From Candidatus Uhrbacteria bacterium RIFOXYB12_FULL_58_10 (GTDB taxonomy: Bacteria; Patescibacteriota; Patescibacteriia; UBA9934; GWF2-40-263), in assembly GCA_001791645.1 (NCBI GenBank), contig MGFA01000021.1, positions 1 through 61,450 of the forward strand: a stretch of DNA of 61,450 bases. Reading direction: 5' to 3'. Made by a program: the position numbers and the translations under genes. Below, piece after piece: positions 10,173-22,499 of this stretch (positions are counted from its first letter, which is position 1; each line of letters opens with the position of its first letter). The notes under the pieces are model-generated. The model did not search any database. It was not told the DNA's origin and saw only the letters and a program-made list of their open reading frames with translations.

Positions 10173-10597
10173 AAGTGCGTATTTATACGGACGGAGGATC
10201 CCGGGGAAATCCCGGTCCCGCGGCATCCGGGGCCGTGATCAAAAAGCTGACAGGCGATCTTGGGCCGCACGGCGAGGAGGGAGAACTCATTGCCCGCGTT
10301 TCGCGCTGGCTTGGGAAGGACACGAACAACCAGGCGGAATACGCCGCGATCATCATCGGTCTTGAGCGCGCGCGCGCGCTTGGCGCGACCGAGGTGGATA
10401 TGGTGATGGATTCGGAGCTGGCGGTGAAACAGCTGAACGGCATTTACAAGGTGAAGAATCCGGAAATCGCCAAACGCTTCGTCGAGGTGCACAATCTGAT
10501 TCAGGATTTTCGAAAAGTCACCTTTCGTCACGTTCGTCGGGCATATAACAAGGACGCCGACGCTCTCGTGAACGAATGCATTGACGCGCACATGTAG
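10169..10597 (+). CDS. rnhA: Ribonuclease HI (archaeal/actinobacterial type)
   Basis: YTDGGSRGNPG, TNNQAEY, DSELAVKQ, NKDADAL. Confidence 0.92.
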   Translation: MKVRIYTDGGSRGNPGPAASGAVIKKLTGDLGPHGEEGELIARVSRWLGKDTNNQAEYAAIIIGLERARALGATEVDMVMDSELAVKQLNGIYKVKNPEIAKRFVEVHNLIQDFRKVTFRHVRRAYNKDADALVNECIDAHM

Positions 10598-10640
10598 TCC
10601 CCTACGACCTTTTTTCGCCGCGTGCTATACTATGTCTACT

Positions 10641-11768
10641 ATGGCGTTTTTTGGACTTGGTCACAAGGCACCGCACACGTTTCTCGGCGTCGACATCGGC
10701 TCGTCCGGATTCAAGCTGGTCGAACTCGCGAATGAAAAGGGTCGCGCAAAGCTGATGACGTACGGATATACCGAACGCAAGCCGGGACAAACGGCTTTGT
10801 CGCCGTTTGAGAACACGAAGGCGAGCGGAGAGTTGCTCGCGAAGCTGTGCAAGCAGTCCGGGACGAAAGGGACCAAGGTCATGGCCGCGCTTCCGCTTTC
10901 AAGCGTTTTCTCCGCGATCGTGAGCGTCCCGCGCAAAAAAACAGAACGAGAAATGCAGCCGCTTGTAGACGCGCAAATCGCAAAGCTTACCCCGATTCCG
11001 CTGACGGAGATGGTGACGTACTCGACGTTCATTGACGGCATCAGGGGGGAGAAGGCCGAAAAGAAAAAGAAAAACGAGCCGAAGGCGGAAGAGCCGAAAG
11101 AGGCGAAACCGTCGGATCATGTGCGCGTGCTCGTGACGGGCGCGGCAAAGTCGCTCGTGCAAAAATACATTGAGATTTTTCGCGTCGCAAAGTTGGAGCT
11201 CCAAGCCATTGACACGGAGGCGTTCGCGCTCGTGCGTTCCCTCATCGGAAAAGACAAGAGTCCCATTGCCATTCTGGACGTCGGCGGCGTGCGCACGAAC
11301 ATTAGCATCGTTGAAAATGGCGTTCCGTTGCTGACGCGTTCCGTGAACATCGGCGGCGTCGCGGTCACGCGGCGCATCATGGACCAGATGCACGTTCCCG
11401 AATCCGAGGCCGAGCAGATGAAAATGGACCTCGGCAACATGGCCGGGGCTTCGGGAGGCGTTGGCGGACTTCCGCCCGTGCTCGACGCAGTGATGCAGCC
11501 GCTTCTCAATGAGATCCGTTACGCGTTTCAGCTGTACGCGGGAATGGAACTCGCGGAATTCAAGAAGGTGGAAAAGATCGTGCTGACCGGCGGGTCATCG
11601 CATTTGCCTCGCATCGTCGAGTTTTTGAAGGAGTCCTTGAACATGAACGTCTATCGGGGAGATCCGTGGGCGCGCGTCGTGTTCCCGGAAGACCTGCGGC
11701 CCGTGCTTGATGAGATCGGCTCGCGCATGGCGATTGCCATCGGGCTTGGGATGCGAGAGATCGAATGA
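10641..11768 (+). CDS. pilM: Type IV pilus assembly protein PilM
   Basis: GVDIGSSGFKLVEL, LDVGG, LTGGSS, AIAIGLGMR actin-like motifs. Confidence 0.92.
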   Translation: MAFFGLGHKAPHTFLGVDIGSSGFKLVELANEKGRAKLMTYGYTERKPGQTALSPFENTKASGELLAKLCKQSGTKGTKVMAALPLSSVFSAIVSVPRKKTEREMQPLVDAQIAKLTPIPLTEMVTYSTFIDGIRGEKAEKKKKNEPKAEEPKEAKPSDHVRVLVTGAAKSLVQKYIEIFRVAKLELQAIDTEAFALVRSLIGKDKSPIAILDVGGVRTNISIVENGVPLLTRSVNIGGVAVTRRIMDQMHVPESEAEQMKMDLGNMAGASGGVGGLPPVLDAVMQPLLNEIRYAFQLYAGMELAEFKKVEKIVLTGGSSHLPRIVEFLKESLNMNVYRGDPWARVVFPEDLRPVLDEIGSRMAIAIGLGMREIE

Positions 11769-11769
11769 T

Positions 11770-11874
11770 ATGCCGCCAAGGACGCACAGGATTTCGATCG
11801 TGGATCCTGACGCGTTTCTGCGCGAGTTGCGCGCGAGGGTAGAACGTCTGGTTGCCGACAAAAACGGCGAGTGA
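11770..11874 (+). CDS. Possible 34-aa peptide between pilM and the pilin
   Basis: ATG 1 nt after the pilM stop; MPPRTHRISIVDPDAFLRELRARVERLVADKNGE nearly fills the gap. Confidence 0.45.
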   Translation: MPPRTHRISIVDPDAFLRELRARVERLVADKNGE

Positions 11875-11888
11875 TAACATACGCGCAT

Positions 11889-12383
11889 ATGAAACGTGGA
11901 TTTACTATCGTCGAGCTGCTGGTCGTCGTCCTGATCATCGGTCTTGTCGGGACGCTTGCGGCGATTGCAGTGAATTCGGCTCGCTCGAAGCAACGCGACG
12001 CATCGCGTCTTTCAAACGTTCGTCAGGTACAATCCGCGCTTGAGAATTATTTCAACCAGTCAAACGCCTACCCGTCCGAGGAGAGCCTTCCGCTTGGAGA
12101 CAGCACGGAGAGTCTGTGTCTTGGCTCCGGCGGGTTCGCGGCGAGCTGTTCGGGTGACGATAACGTGTTTTTGCGCGTGGTGGTCGGAACGCTCGACAAG
12201 GGACTGGACGGCGCGGTCGCCTGCGGAACTCCGTCGCGTAACGCCTTTTGCTACTCCTCGCTCGAGGACGGCTCCGCGTACGCGGTCGGATTCGAGTTAG
12301 AAAATGCGCTTCCGCAGGTCGGTTTGGTCGCTGGGGCCAACTGTGCCACGCCCGAAGGGATGAAGGCCGGGTCCTGCGAGTAA
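11889..12383 (+). CDS. Type IV pilin-like protein
   Basis: MKRG|FTIVELLVV class III signal peptide; six Cys in the head domain. Confidence 0.92.
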   Translation: MKRGFTIVELLVVVLIIGLVGTLAAIAVNSARSKQRDASRLSNVRQVQSALENYFNQSNAYPSEESLPLGDSTESLCLGSGGFAASCSGDDNVFLRVVVGTLDKGLDGAVACGTPSRNAFCYSSLEDGSAYAVGFELENALPQVGLVAGANCATPEGMKAGSCE

Positions 12384-12384
12384 T

Positions 12385-15218
<2,834 letters not shown>

Positions 15219-15219
15219 T

Positions 15220-15525
15220 ATGTCTCTCACGAACGAAGAAATCCTGCATATCGCGACGCTGGCCCGTCTTCGGGTCGAACCCGAGGACTTACCGCGGTAT
15301 GCCGAGCAATTGGGATCCATTTTGGAATATGTGGCAAAACTCGACGAGCTTGAAATTGACGGCGTGACAGAACTCGCCCACGGCGCCGGACTCACGAACG
15401 TCTTTCGTCAGGATACGATCGCGCCAGTGGAGGCCGACGTTCGGCATCGTGTCATTGCGGCATTCCCGCATCGCGAGGGAGACTTGTTGGAGGTTCCGGC
15501 GGTATTTGTCGATCGAACTGAATAA
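15220..15525 (+). CDS. gatC: Asp/Glu-tRNA amidotransferase subunit C
   Basis: HIATLARL...ILEYV...NVFRQD...VPAV; directly before gatA. Confidence 0.92.
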   Translation: MSLTNEEILHIATLARLRVEPEDLPRYAEQLGSILEYVAKLDELEIDGVTELAHGAGLTNVFRQDTIAPVEADVRHRVIAAFPHREGDLLEVPAVFVDRTE

Positions 15526-15527
15526 GT

Positions 15528-16961
15528 ATGGACACGGCTATTGAAATGGCGCGCGACGTTCGCGAGGGAAAACGATCGAGCGAAGAGATCGTTCAGGAGT
15601 GCCTCGACCGCATCGAGGGTGGGAACGAGAAGCTGAACGCGCTTCTTGGCACGTTTGACGACGCGCTCGAGCGCGCGCGCGGCATTGACGAGCGACGCAC
15701 GGCCGGAGAAGACGTTGGTCCGCTCGGGGGCGTACCGGTCATTTTGAAGGACAACATGCTGGTGAAGGGGGAACGGTGCACGGCCGGATCACGCATTTTG
15801 GAAAACTATGACGCGCCGTATGACGCCACCGTGACCAAGAGGCTTCGCGCCGCGGGTGCCGTGTTGATCGGGCGCTCCAATTGTGACGAGTTCGCCATGG
15901 GATCCTCCACGGAGAACTCCCATTATGGGCCGACGCGCAACCCATGGGACACGGACCGCGTTCCCGGTGGCTCCTCCGGCGGTTCCGCGGTTGCGGTTGC
16001 CACGGGGTTCGCGCCGCTCGCGTTTGGGTCTGACACGGGTGGTTCCATCCGCCAACCGGCGTCGCTCTGCGGCGTCGTGGGATTGAAGCCAACGTATGGC
16101 CGCGTGTCCCGACACGGGTTGGTGGCGCTCGCGTCGAGTCTCGACCAGATCGGCCCGTTCGCGCGCACGGTGGAAGACGCCGCGCTCGCGCTTGAGGTCA
16201 TCCAGGGCGACGACCCGCTCGACGCGACGACCGTCGCTGGCGCGGACGCAAGCATTCCCGAGCTTCTCGAAAGGGACGTGAAGGGAATGCGCGTCGGCGT
16301 GCCGAAGGAGTATTTTCTGGAGGGCATGGATGAGGACGTGCGCCGGACGGTCATGGACGCGATTGCCGTGTACGAAAAGGCGGGCGCGAACATCGTGGAA
16401 ATCTCTTTGCCGAACGCGCCGTATGCGCTCGCTTCCTATTACGTCGTGATGCCGAGCGAGGCCTGTTCGAACCTTGGTCGGTTCGACGGCATTCGTTTCG
16501 GATATTCCTCGGAGGGAAGCACGTTGCTGGAAACGTACGAGCGTTCGCGCGGGGAAGGGTTCGGACCGGAAGTGCGGCGTCGCATCATGCTTGGGACCTT
16601 TGCGCTTTCGAAAGGATATGCGGACGCGTTTTACCGCAAGGCGCTCAAGGCCCGCACGCTCATCAAGCGCGATTTTGACGACGCGTTCAAGGATGTCGAC
16701 GTCATTGCCACGCCGACCTCGCCGTCGGTTGCCTGGCCCATCGGCGAGAAGTTCAACGACCCGCTTGCCATGTACCTCGCGGATATCTACACGGTTTCGG
16801 CAAACATGGCGACCATTCCCGGAATGTCGATTCCGTGCGGATTCGTCAACGAGCTTCCGGTCGGCCTCCAGCTGCTTGGCAGGACGTTTGACGAGTACGC
16901 GCTTTTCCGTGCCGGCGCGTATTACCAATCCGTTACGGATTGGCACACGCGGACTCCATGA
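15528..16961 (+). CDS. gatA: Asp/Glu-tRNA amidotransferase subunit A
   Basis: DEFAMGSSTE, PGGSSGGS, GSDTGGSIRQP, RRIMLGT. Confidence 0.97.
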   Translation: MDTAIEMARDVREGKRSSEEIVQECLDRIEGGNEKLNALLGTFDDALERARGIDERRTAGEDVGPLGGVPVILKDNMLVKGERCTAGSRILENYDAPYDATVTKRLRAAGAVLIGRSNCDEFAMGSSTENSHYGPTRNPWDTDRVPGGSSGGSAVAVATGFAPLAFGSDTGGSIRQPASLCGVVGLKPTYGRVSRHGLVALASSLDQIGPFARTVEDAALALEVIQGDDPLDATTVAGADASIPELLERDVKGMRVGVPKEYFLEGMDEDVRRTVMDAIAVYEKAGANIVEISLPNAPYALASYYVVMPSEACSNLGRFDGIRFGYSSEGSTLLETYERSRGEGFGPEVRRRIMLGTFALSKGYADAFYRKALKARTLIKRDFDDAFKDVDVIATPTSPSVAWPIGEKFNDPLAMYLADIYTVSANMATIPGMSIPCGFVNELPVGLQLLGRTFDEYALFRAGAYYQSVTDWHTRTP

Positions 16962-17713
16962 TCCCTTACCTCGAAATCAAAACGATTCAGCTCGGCCCTC
17001 TCACCATCCAGGCGTGGGGGTTATTTGTGGCGATCGGGATTTTTGTCGGCGCGTGGATGGGCGCGCGCATGGCGAAGCGCCGCGGGCTCGATGGCGGAGC
17101 GGTGTGGGATGCGTCGGCGTGGATCGTGGTCGGCGCCATGGTGATGGCGCGCGTTTTTCACGTGGCGCTATACGACCTCGCGACGTATCTTGCGGATCCG
17201 CTTTCGGTGATCGCGGTTTGGCGCGGAGGAATGTCGATGTTCGGCGGGCTGGTCGGTGCAACGCTCGCGGGAGTTTGGTTCATGCGTCGCCGCAAGCTCG
17301 ATTTTTGGAAATACGCTGACGCCATGATCTATGGCCTGCCGTTTGGCATTGGCATCGGGCGCATCGGGTGCTTTCTTATCCACGACCATCCCGGAACGCT
17401 CACGCGTTTCATTTTGGGCGTGCGTTACCCGGACGGTTCGATTCGCCACGACCTCGGTTTTTACGAGTCCATCTACGGCTTCGCGATCGCGATCGGTTTT
17501 CTCGTCCTCGCGCGTCGCAACGCCAAGCCGCCGGCGTACATCGTGACATTTCTCGTTACCTACGGCATCTTCCGTTTTTTCTCCGACTTTCTCCGCGTGG
17601 TCGACGCGCGGTATCTTGGTTTGACTCCCGCGCAGTACCTTTCCCTTGTCATGGTCGTTGCCGGAGGGTTGGTCTGGTACCGGTCACGCTTTCGCGCGGA
17701 TGCCCGTTGGTAA
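16958..17713 (+). CDS. lgt: Prolipoprotein diacylglyceryl transferase
   Basis: GGMSMFGG, GRIGCF, YGIFRFFSDFLR; multi-TM. Confidence 0.88.
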   Translation: MIPYLEIKTIQLGPLTIQAWGLFVAIGIFVGAWMGARMAKRRGLDGGAVWDASAWIVVGAMVMARVFHVALYDLATYLADPLSVIAVWRGGMSMFGGLVGATLAGVWFMRRRKLDFWKYADAMIYGLPFGIGIGRIGCFLIHDHPGTLTRFILGVRYPDGSIRHDLGFYESIYGFAIAIGFLVLARRNAKPPAYIVTFLVTYGIFRFFSDFLRVVDARYLGLTPAQYLSLVMVVAGGLVWYRSRFRADARW

Positions 17714-17754
17714 AAAAAGAACCCTTGCGTGAGGGCAGGGTGTGAGAAGGGGTG

Positions 17755-18543
17755 TCAGTTCGTCTGACGACCTTCACTGGCAGTCCGGACGTTCTCGATG
17801 TGCTTCCGCCACGCCTGGATCGGCGTGTATGGAACCCAGGTCCCTGGAGACCGCCAGGCGCGATCGTGCGCAGCATGGAAGTCGAGGTACGTCCTGTACC
17901 ATTCGGCCATCTGGCGGAAGGTCTGGCGTTCGCGGCGCGCCAGGAAGAGGACATCGAGGGAACGCCCGAGCATCGTGCCGCTCATCCAGCCACTGGTCGC
18001 GGCCGCGAACACGACGGCGGCCAGCAGAAACGTCTCGGTCGTGATGGCGTAGAGGAAGAGGCCGAAGGCCGCGAGGGAGAGAAGCGAGCCCAATGGTCGG
18101 AACAAGCCTCTCCAAATCGTCAGCAAGCCAAGAAGTTGGTCGGTCATGGGGGGTCTCCTTTGAGTGGGTGCGGCGGCCTGGGTCGGTGCCGCCGCGCAGC
18201 CGAGCGCGGCCAGCGCCTCGTATACCGAGCGGCTCCAGGTGGAGCGGTTCCACGGGCGGAATTTCCGCCAGTATTGCTCCATGTGCGCGCCGTATAGCGC
18301 AGTGACCTCCTCGAACGGCGTGCCAGTTCGCTCGGAGAAGCGCCGCAGCTGGCGGTACTTCCTCCAGGGACGGAACAGGACCGATCCGTTGAGGATGATG
18401 GAAACGACGTGCATTGGCGCGCTCACGCTGGACGAGCTGTACCACGCCAGTCCGGTGATCGCGAGCGCGATTGCCACGGTCAGCATCCCGCCCGCGGGTC
18501 CGTGTACTCCGTTCCAGACAATCCACAGGTTTTTCTCTTTCAT
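17755..18543 (-). CDS. Hypothetical membrane protein made of two similar halves
   Basis: GGAGG SD, TTGACA-N17-TATGTT at 18596-18568, internal AAAGGAG plus in-frame ATG at 18147. Confidence 0.7.
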   Translation of the reverse strand: MKEKNLWIVWNGVHGPAGGMLTVAIALAITGLAWYSSSSVSAPMHVVSIILNGSVLFRPWRKYRQLRRFSERTGTPFEEVTALYGAHMEQYWRKFRPWNRSTWSRSVYEALAALGCAAAPTQAAAPTQRRPPMTDQLLGLLTIWRGLFRPLGSLLSLAAFGLFLYAITTETFLLAAVVFAAATSGWMSGTMLGRSLDVLFLARRERQTFRQMAEWYRTYLDFHAAHDRAWRSPGTWVPYTPIQAWRKHIENVRTASEGRQTN

Positions 18544-18730
18544 TCTGCCTCCAGGAGTTGCTAAAGAAACATAGCCGGATTTCGATGTTTTGTCAACTCA
18601 ATTCTGGAACAGGACTGAATTTGAAACAAAGCTGTCGGCAGAAAAATGACAGAAAATTATTTGACAAATGCGCTGAATGAAGCGTATTTTTATATTCATA
18701 TTCATTTGTGCCGTTTCAAAATAGTCATAT

Positions 18731-19492
18731 ATGAAAAATAAGGATATCTTGTCTCCTGAAGTGCTTGAGCTTCTTGGGCTCGCTCGAAAGGATCTCGACG
18801 TGTACCAGGCGTTGCTTCGGCTCGGAAGCGCCCCGCTGCGACGTATCGCGGAGGAGGCGAACCTGAACCGAGGCACGACCTATGACGCGCTGAAACGGCT
18901 CCTCGACGCGGGGATCGCGTCTTATGTGGACGCGAAGACCCACAGGTATTTCACGGCGGAGGACCCGCATAAGCTCCGAGGGCTCGCGACGCGGCGCGAA
19001 GTGGCAATGCGCGAGGCCGCGCTTGATCTAGACGGGATGATTCCAGGGCTCGACGCGCTGCGAGGAGAATCGAGCTACCGCCCGGCCGTTCGCTATTACG
19101 AGGGCGACGCCGGGGTTCACGACATCCTTGAGGACATGATCGATGTCACGGAACGCTCGGAAACGAAAACATATCGCGTCTATTCGACCGCGGCGATTCG
19201 TGATCGCAAGGATGCGGCATGGCCCACGTTCAGCAAGGAGCGCGTGAAGCGCGGCGTGCGCGTGCGCGCGATCGCCGTGGGCAAGGGCGGCACGCTCGCC
19301 GGCCTCGACGAGCGCCGGTGGCTTTCGCAGGGCGAGAGCGCGCCAACGTACATCGCGATTTATCCCGGCAAGACGGCGTATATTTCCATGGACGCCAACA
19401 AACGTCTGTTCGGGGTGATCATTGAGGACGCTTCCATTGCCGCGACCCAGGAACTCATCTTCGACGCCCTTTGGAAGACGCTCGCGGCATGA
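18731..19492 (+). CDS. TrmB-family transcriptional regulator
   Basis: LGL...VYQALL...IAEEANLNRGTTYDALKRL wHTH; VRYYEG motif. Confidence 0.88.
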   Translation: MKNKDILSPEVLELLGLARKDLDVYQALLRLGSAPLRRIAEEANLNRGTTYDALKRLLDAGIASYVDAKTHRYFTAEDPHKLRGLATRREVAMREAALDLDGMIPGLDALRGESSYRPAVRYYEGDAGVHDILEDMIDVTERSETKTYRVYSTAAIRDRKDAAWPTFSKERVKRGVRVRAIAVGKGGTLAGLDERRWLSQGESAPTYIAIYPGKTAYISMDANKRLFGVIIEDASIAATQELIFDALWKTLAA

Positions 19493-19553
19493 CGCGTTTG
19501 GCCGTGGAGACGAATCATCGCCTCCATCCCAAACACGTTTTTCCGGAGCCAAG

Positions 19554-20123
19554 ATGTCTTTCCTCCTTCCCGGTCCGAGACCGAGTCTCGCGCTCATGTT
19601 CTGCGGTCCGCACGAGACGAACGAGTGGTCGCCGCGTTACCATCGCGTCGACCATGCCATCGCGATTGCGCGCGAAACGCGCTCGCCGCTCGTGATCGTG
19701 GGCGACGCGTTCGATGGACGCGACGTCGAGCACTTCGCCATGCGCGCGGCCAGTCGCGGCACGCGCGCGATCGGCGCATTCGATCCTGGTTCGCGCACGC
19801 TGACGGACGTTCGCGGCGCGCTCCGCCTCATCGGAAGCACCGCGGAGTTCGATGTCGTCGCCGACATCCTCGTGGTCACGGACGACTGGCACGCCCCGAG
19901 GTGCCTTGCCATGCTGTTCGGCGAGCGCCGCGTGCTCCTGCCCGATCGGGAAATCCGTTTTCATGACCGTTCCACGGACGCCGGCCCTCGCCCGCCCGCA
20001 TGGGTGAAGGAAGGGGAACTCCGCGGGATTGCGGACTATCACGCGGGGCGGGCCTACCGGCCGTTTGGTCCGCCTTTTGGCAAGCCGCACCATCCCACGG
20101 AATCCGCCTCTTCATCTTTCTGA
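19554..20123 (+). CDS. YdcF/DUF218-like protein (divergent)
   Basis: RVDHAI..., SRTL, LVVTDDWHAPR resembles the DUF218 VTxxxHxxR motif. Confidence 0.6.
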   Translation: MSFLLPGPRPSLALMFCGPHETNEWSPRYHRVDHAIAIARETRSPLVIVGDAFDGRDVEHFAMRAASRGTRAIGAFDPGSRTLTDVRGALRLIGSTAEFDVVADILVVTDDWHAPRCLAMLFGERRVLLPDREIRFHDRSTDAGPRPPAWVKEGELRGIADYHAGRAYRPFGPPFGKPHHPTESASSSF

Positions 20124-20141
20124 CGCCAACCCGGCGTTTTT

Positions 20142-20543
20142 TTACATCAGCTGGAAAAATTTGGCGATGATCCCGATGCGTTCGGATTTGATTTCTTCCC
20201 GCGGAGAAAATTCAATAGGCTCGCCGGTCGCAAGGCGGCGTTTCAGATTGTCCACGGCGAGGCAGACCCGTTTGGTTTCCTCGTCGAGTTGTGGATTCTT
20301 GTAGGCCCAAACGTATTGGTGGTTTCCGTCGCCGTTAAACGCCGCTTGGTCAAGGTGCACGTTCATGACAAAGCCGCCTTCCGGCGTTTCCGCGATGCTC
20401 GCGTGGAAACGGGGAAAGGCGGCTTCGTGGGCGCTTCTGACAAACGTAAGGCCCATGCCGGCCGTTTGATGCTCCGTATAACCGAGGTGAAGCATCAGCG
20501 TGCGAGCGTCCGTCGGAAGCGGTCCGGCGATCATGCAGCGCAT
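20142..20543 (-). CDS. Hypothetical protein, paralog of 22500-22892
   Basis: Shares GY.EH, FPR[FY]HA and N[VL]HLDQ motifs with 22500. Confidence 0.75.
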   Translation of the reverse strand: MRCMIAGPLPTDARTLMLHLGYTEHQTAGMGLTFVRSAHEAAFPRFHASIAETPEGGFVMNVHLDQAAFNGDGNHQYVWAYKNPQLDEETKRVCLAVDNLKRRLATGEPIEFSPREEIKSERIGIIAKFFQLM

Positions 20544-20639
20544 ATACAATCACTATACGGTCGCCAGGCCAACTGTCAAGAGCACCCTTGCGCTCATTTC
20601 GCGAATCCTGTATATTTTTGCCGCTCGCGCATCGATCAC

Positions 20640-20727
20640 GGAGAGGTCGCATAGAGGTCTAGTGCGCTCGCTTGGAAAGCGAGTATACCGCAAGGTATCG
20701 GAGGTTCGAATCCTCTCCTCTCCGCCA
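20640..20727 (+). tRNA. tRNA-Ser(GGA)
   Basis: GGAGAGG/CCTCTCC acceptor, CTCGC-TTGGAAA-GCGAG anticodon arm, long variable arm, CCA. Confidence 0.96.
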
Positions 20728-20824
20728 TCCCACTTCGCCCTTCGGGCTACGTTGGGGATTACTCACATTGCCGAAGGGTGAAGTGGGATGCCCCCAACGA
20801 AGCTCCGAAGGAGCGTAGTGGGGC
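20726..20824. repeat. REP/BIME-like cluster of palindromic units
   Basis: 20-bp inverted repeat 20726-20745/20771-20790 (one mismatch) plus a second, inverted unit CCCCAACGAAGCTCCGAAGGAGCGTAGTGGGG. Confidence 0.75.
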
Positions 20825-20889
20825 GAAAAGACAGCACGCAAAACGCGTGTTGTTTTGTGTTATTCGCGTATGAAACACTTCCGCCTTCG

Positions 20890-21885
20890 CTACTTCTTCG
20901 TGCTCATTGCGTTAATGGGCGGGCGAGGGTATTCGTTTGCTCGTTCTCGTGCAGCGGGGTCAAACCTTCCTCTATTAGTTTGCCAAACCCAAGGGGCAAA
21001 ATCCTGTCGCTGCCCACTCGATACCATCGGTTCGATATGTGTGTACATCGCCTCCACAGTATATGATCCATTTCTTTTTGCTGGTACCCGCTCTCCGCCT
21101 GAGAGAACTTTCATTTTGATTTCATCTACAACAACAATCGTGGGACCTTCTTTTTCCGCTCCGAATATCTTTTCTCCCGATAAGGAGCCGTCAAAATATA
21201 CCGTGTATGCCGGATCAAATTTAATGGCAGCATGTTGAAGAACGAAATGGAGTAAGTACGCATTATCCTTACTTAGAAAAATATTCTGTACTTCGGGAGG
21301 ATACCTTACGCGCAATGAAAAATCAGCAAATACGCCACGAGTTTCCTCTTGAATATTATTAAGCGATCCAGACGGAGCAGCGAGCTTTGCCAATACGATT
21401 GCCTCATCCTTTGAAGTCGCTTTATATGACTGATAGCGCGCATCGTCTTCCGAAACTCCAAAATCGGTCAGGGTTGGAAGTCCAAGAATAAAAATGGTGT
21501 TGCAACGAAGCTTACTGCCGAGTAGATCTCTCAGGGTTGGGTCAAGTGTCCGCTCTCGCTTCCGATACAATTTGGCGGCATCGACAATACCTCGATCATG
21601 ATTCTCATCTCCTAAATTAATCGACCAGCTATATTCAGGCGGAGTTCTGGATACTGTTGGGTCTACATATCCGCCAATTGGCTTACTGAAAAAAGTGATG
21701 TCCAGAGCGTTGCTCGCAAGTACGTCCGATGCGCCGTTAATGTACGCCCTCTCATCTTCTGTCAACGCCTCATATTCGCGTCGTGCAGATTCTGTACGTA
21801 AGCCCTCCCAGACGCGAAATTCACGCCGTTCAGTTTCCGCTGTTTGTCTTTCTTGTGATTCGCCACCGGGTTCCCCGATTTTCAT
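20890..21885 (-). CDS. Hypothetical protein, AT-richer than the backbone
   Basis: 331-aa ORF; no motif recognised. Confidence 0.7.
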   Translation of the reverse strand: MKIGEPGGESQERQTAETERREFRVWEGLRTESARREYEALTEDERAYINGASDVLASNALDITFFSKPIGGYVDPTVSRTPPEYSWSINLGDENHDRGIVDAAKLYRKRERTLDPTLRDLLGSKLRCNTIFILGLPTLTDFGVSEDDARYQSYKATSKDEAIVLAKLAAPSGSLNNIQEETRGVFADFSLRVRYPPEVQNIFLSKDNAYLLHFVLQHAAIKFDPAYTVYFDGSLSGEKIFGAEKEGPTIVVVDEIKMKVLSGGERVPAKRNGSYTVEAMYTHIEPMVSSGQRQDFAPWVWQTNRGRFDPAARERANEYPRPPINAMSTKK

Positions 21886-22100
21886 AAATACTCAATAATT
21901 TCGTAAATTATTATACCATGATGCCGCGATACCGTCTTTCGACTCACATGCCTCAAAACCTCCCTCCGATGAATCCCGAAGATCCCTTCAAAGGCCATCG
22001 TAAACCTGGTACTGAACCCACGGACACCGCCAGAAAGTGTCTCGGATTGTCCGGGGCGTTTTCTGTTTGTGTAAAAAAATCCCGCCACTGGGTGGGCGGG

Positions 22101-22427
22101 TCACTGGGCCTTGGCGAGGGTAAACTCGGCCGGGCCGGTTTTGGTGAGCACGAACGCATTCCCGGGGTACAACGGATCGGGGATGCTGACCGTTTCGGTT
22201 CCGGCGATCTTCCATGTGTCGAAGGTTTCGACGCGGAAGATCCAGCTCATGAGGTGATGTTCCTGGTCTGTGTACACCAATGCGATGGCGTACCCGTCCC
22301 TTGTCGGGGCCAGGGAGACGTACGTCCCCTCCGCTACCACGGTAGGGTACGTTTCCTTGGCGGCCGGCTCTGATGCGCAGGCCAGGATGAACGCGCCGAT
22401 GAGCGCGAGGGCGAAGAACAGTCGCAT
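22101..22427 (-). CDS. Putative lipoprotein
   Basis: Signal peptide ending ILA-C; GGAGG SD; TTGACA-N17-TAGGTT at 22477-22449. Confidence 0.7.
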   Translation of the reverse strand: MRLFFALALIGAFILACASEPAAKETYPTVVAEGTYVSLAPTRDGYAIALVYTDQEHHLMSWIFRVETFDTWKIAGTETVSIPDPLYPGNAFVLTKTGPAEFTLAKAQ

Positions 22428-22499
22428 GTTTCTTTCCTCCGGAGGGCCAACCTAGCGCGGATTGTTGGTTTTGTCAACGGTCTGTTAGAATGTCCACGT

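Noticed and set aside
15220-16961. gatB missing after gatCA
   Set aside because: A split gat operon is common; gatB is probably elsewhere in the genome.
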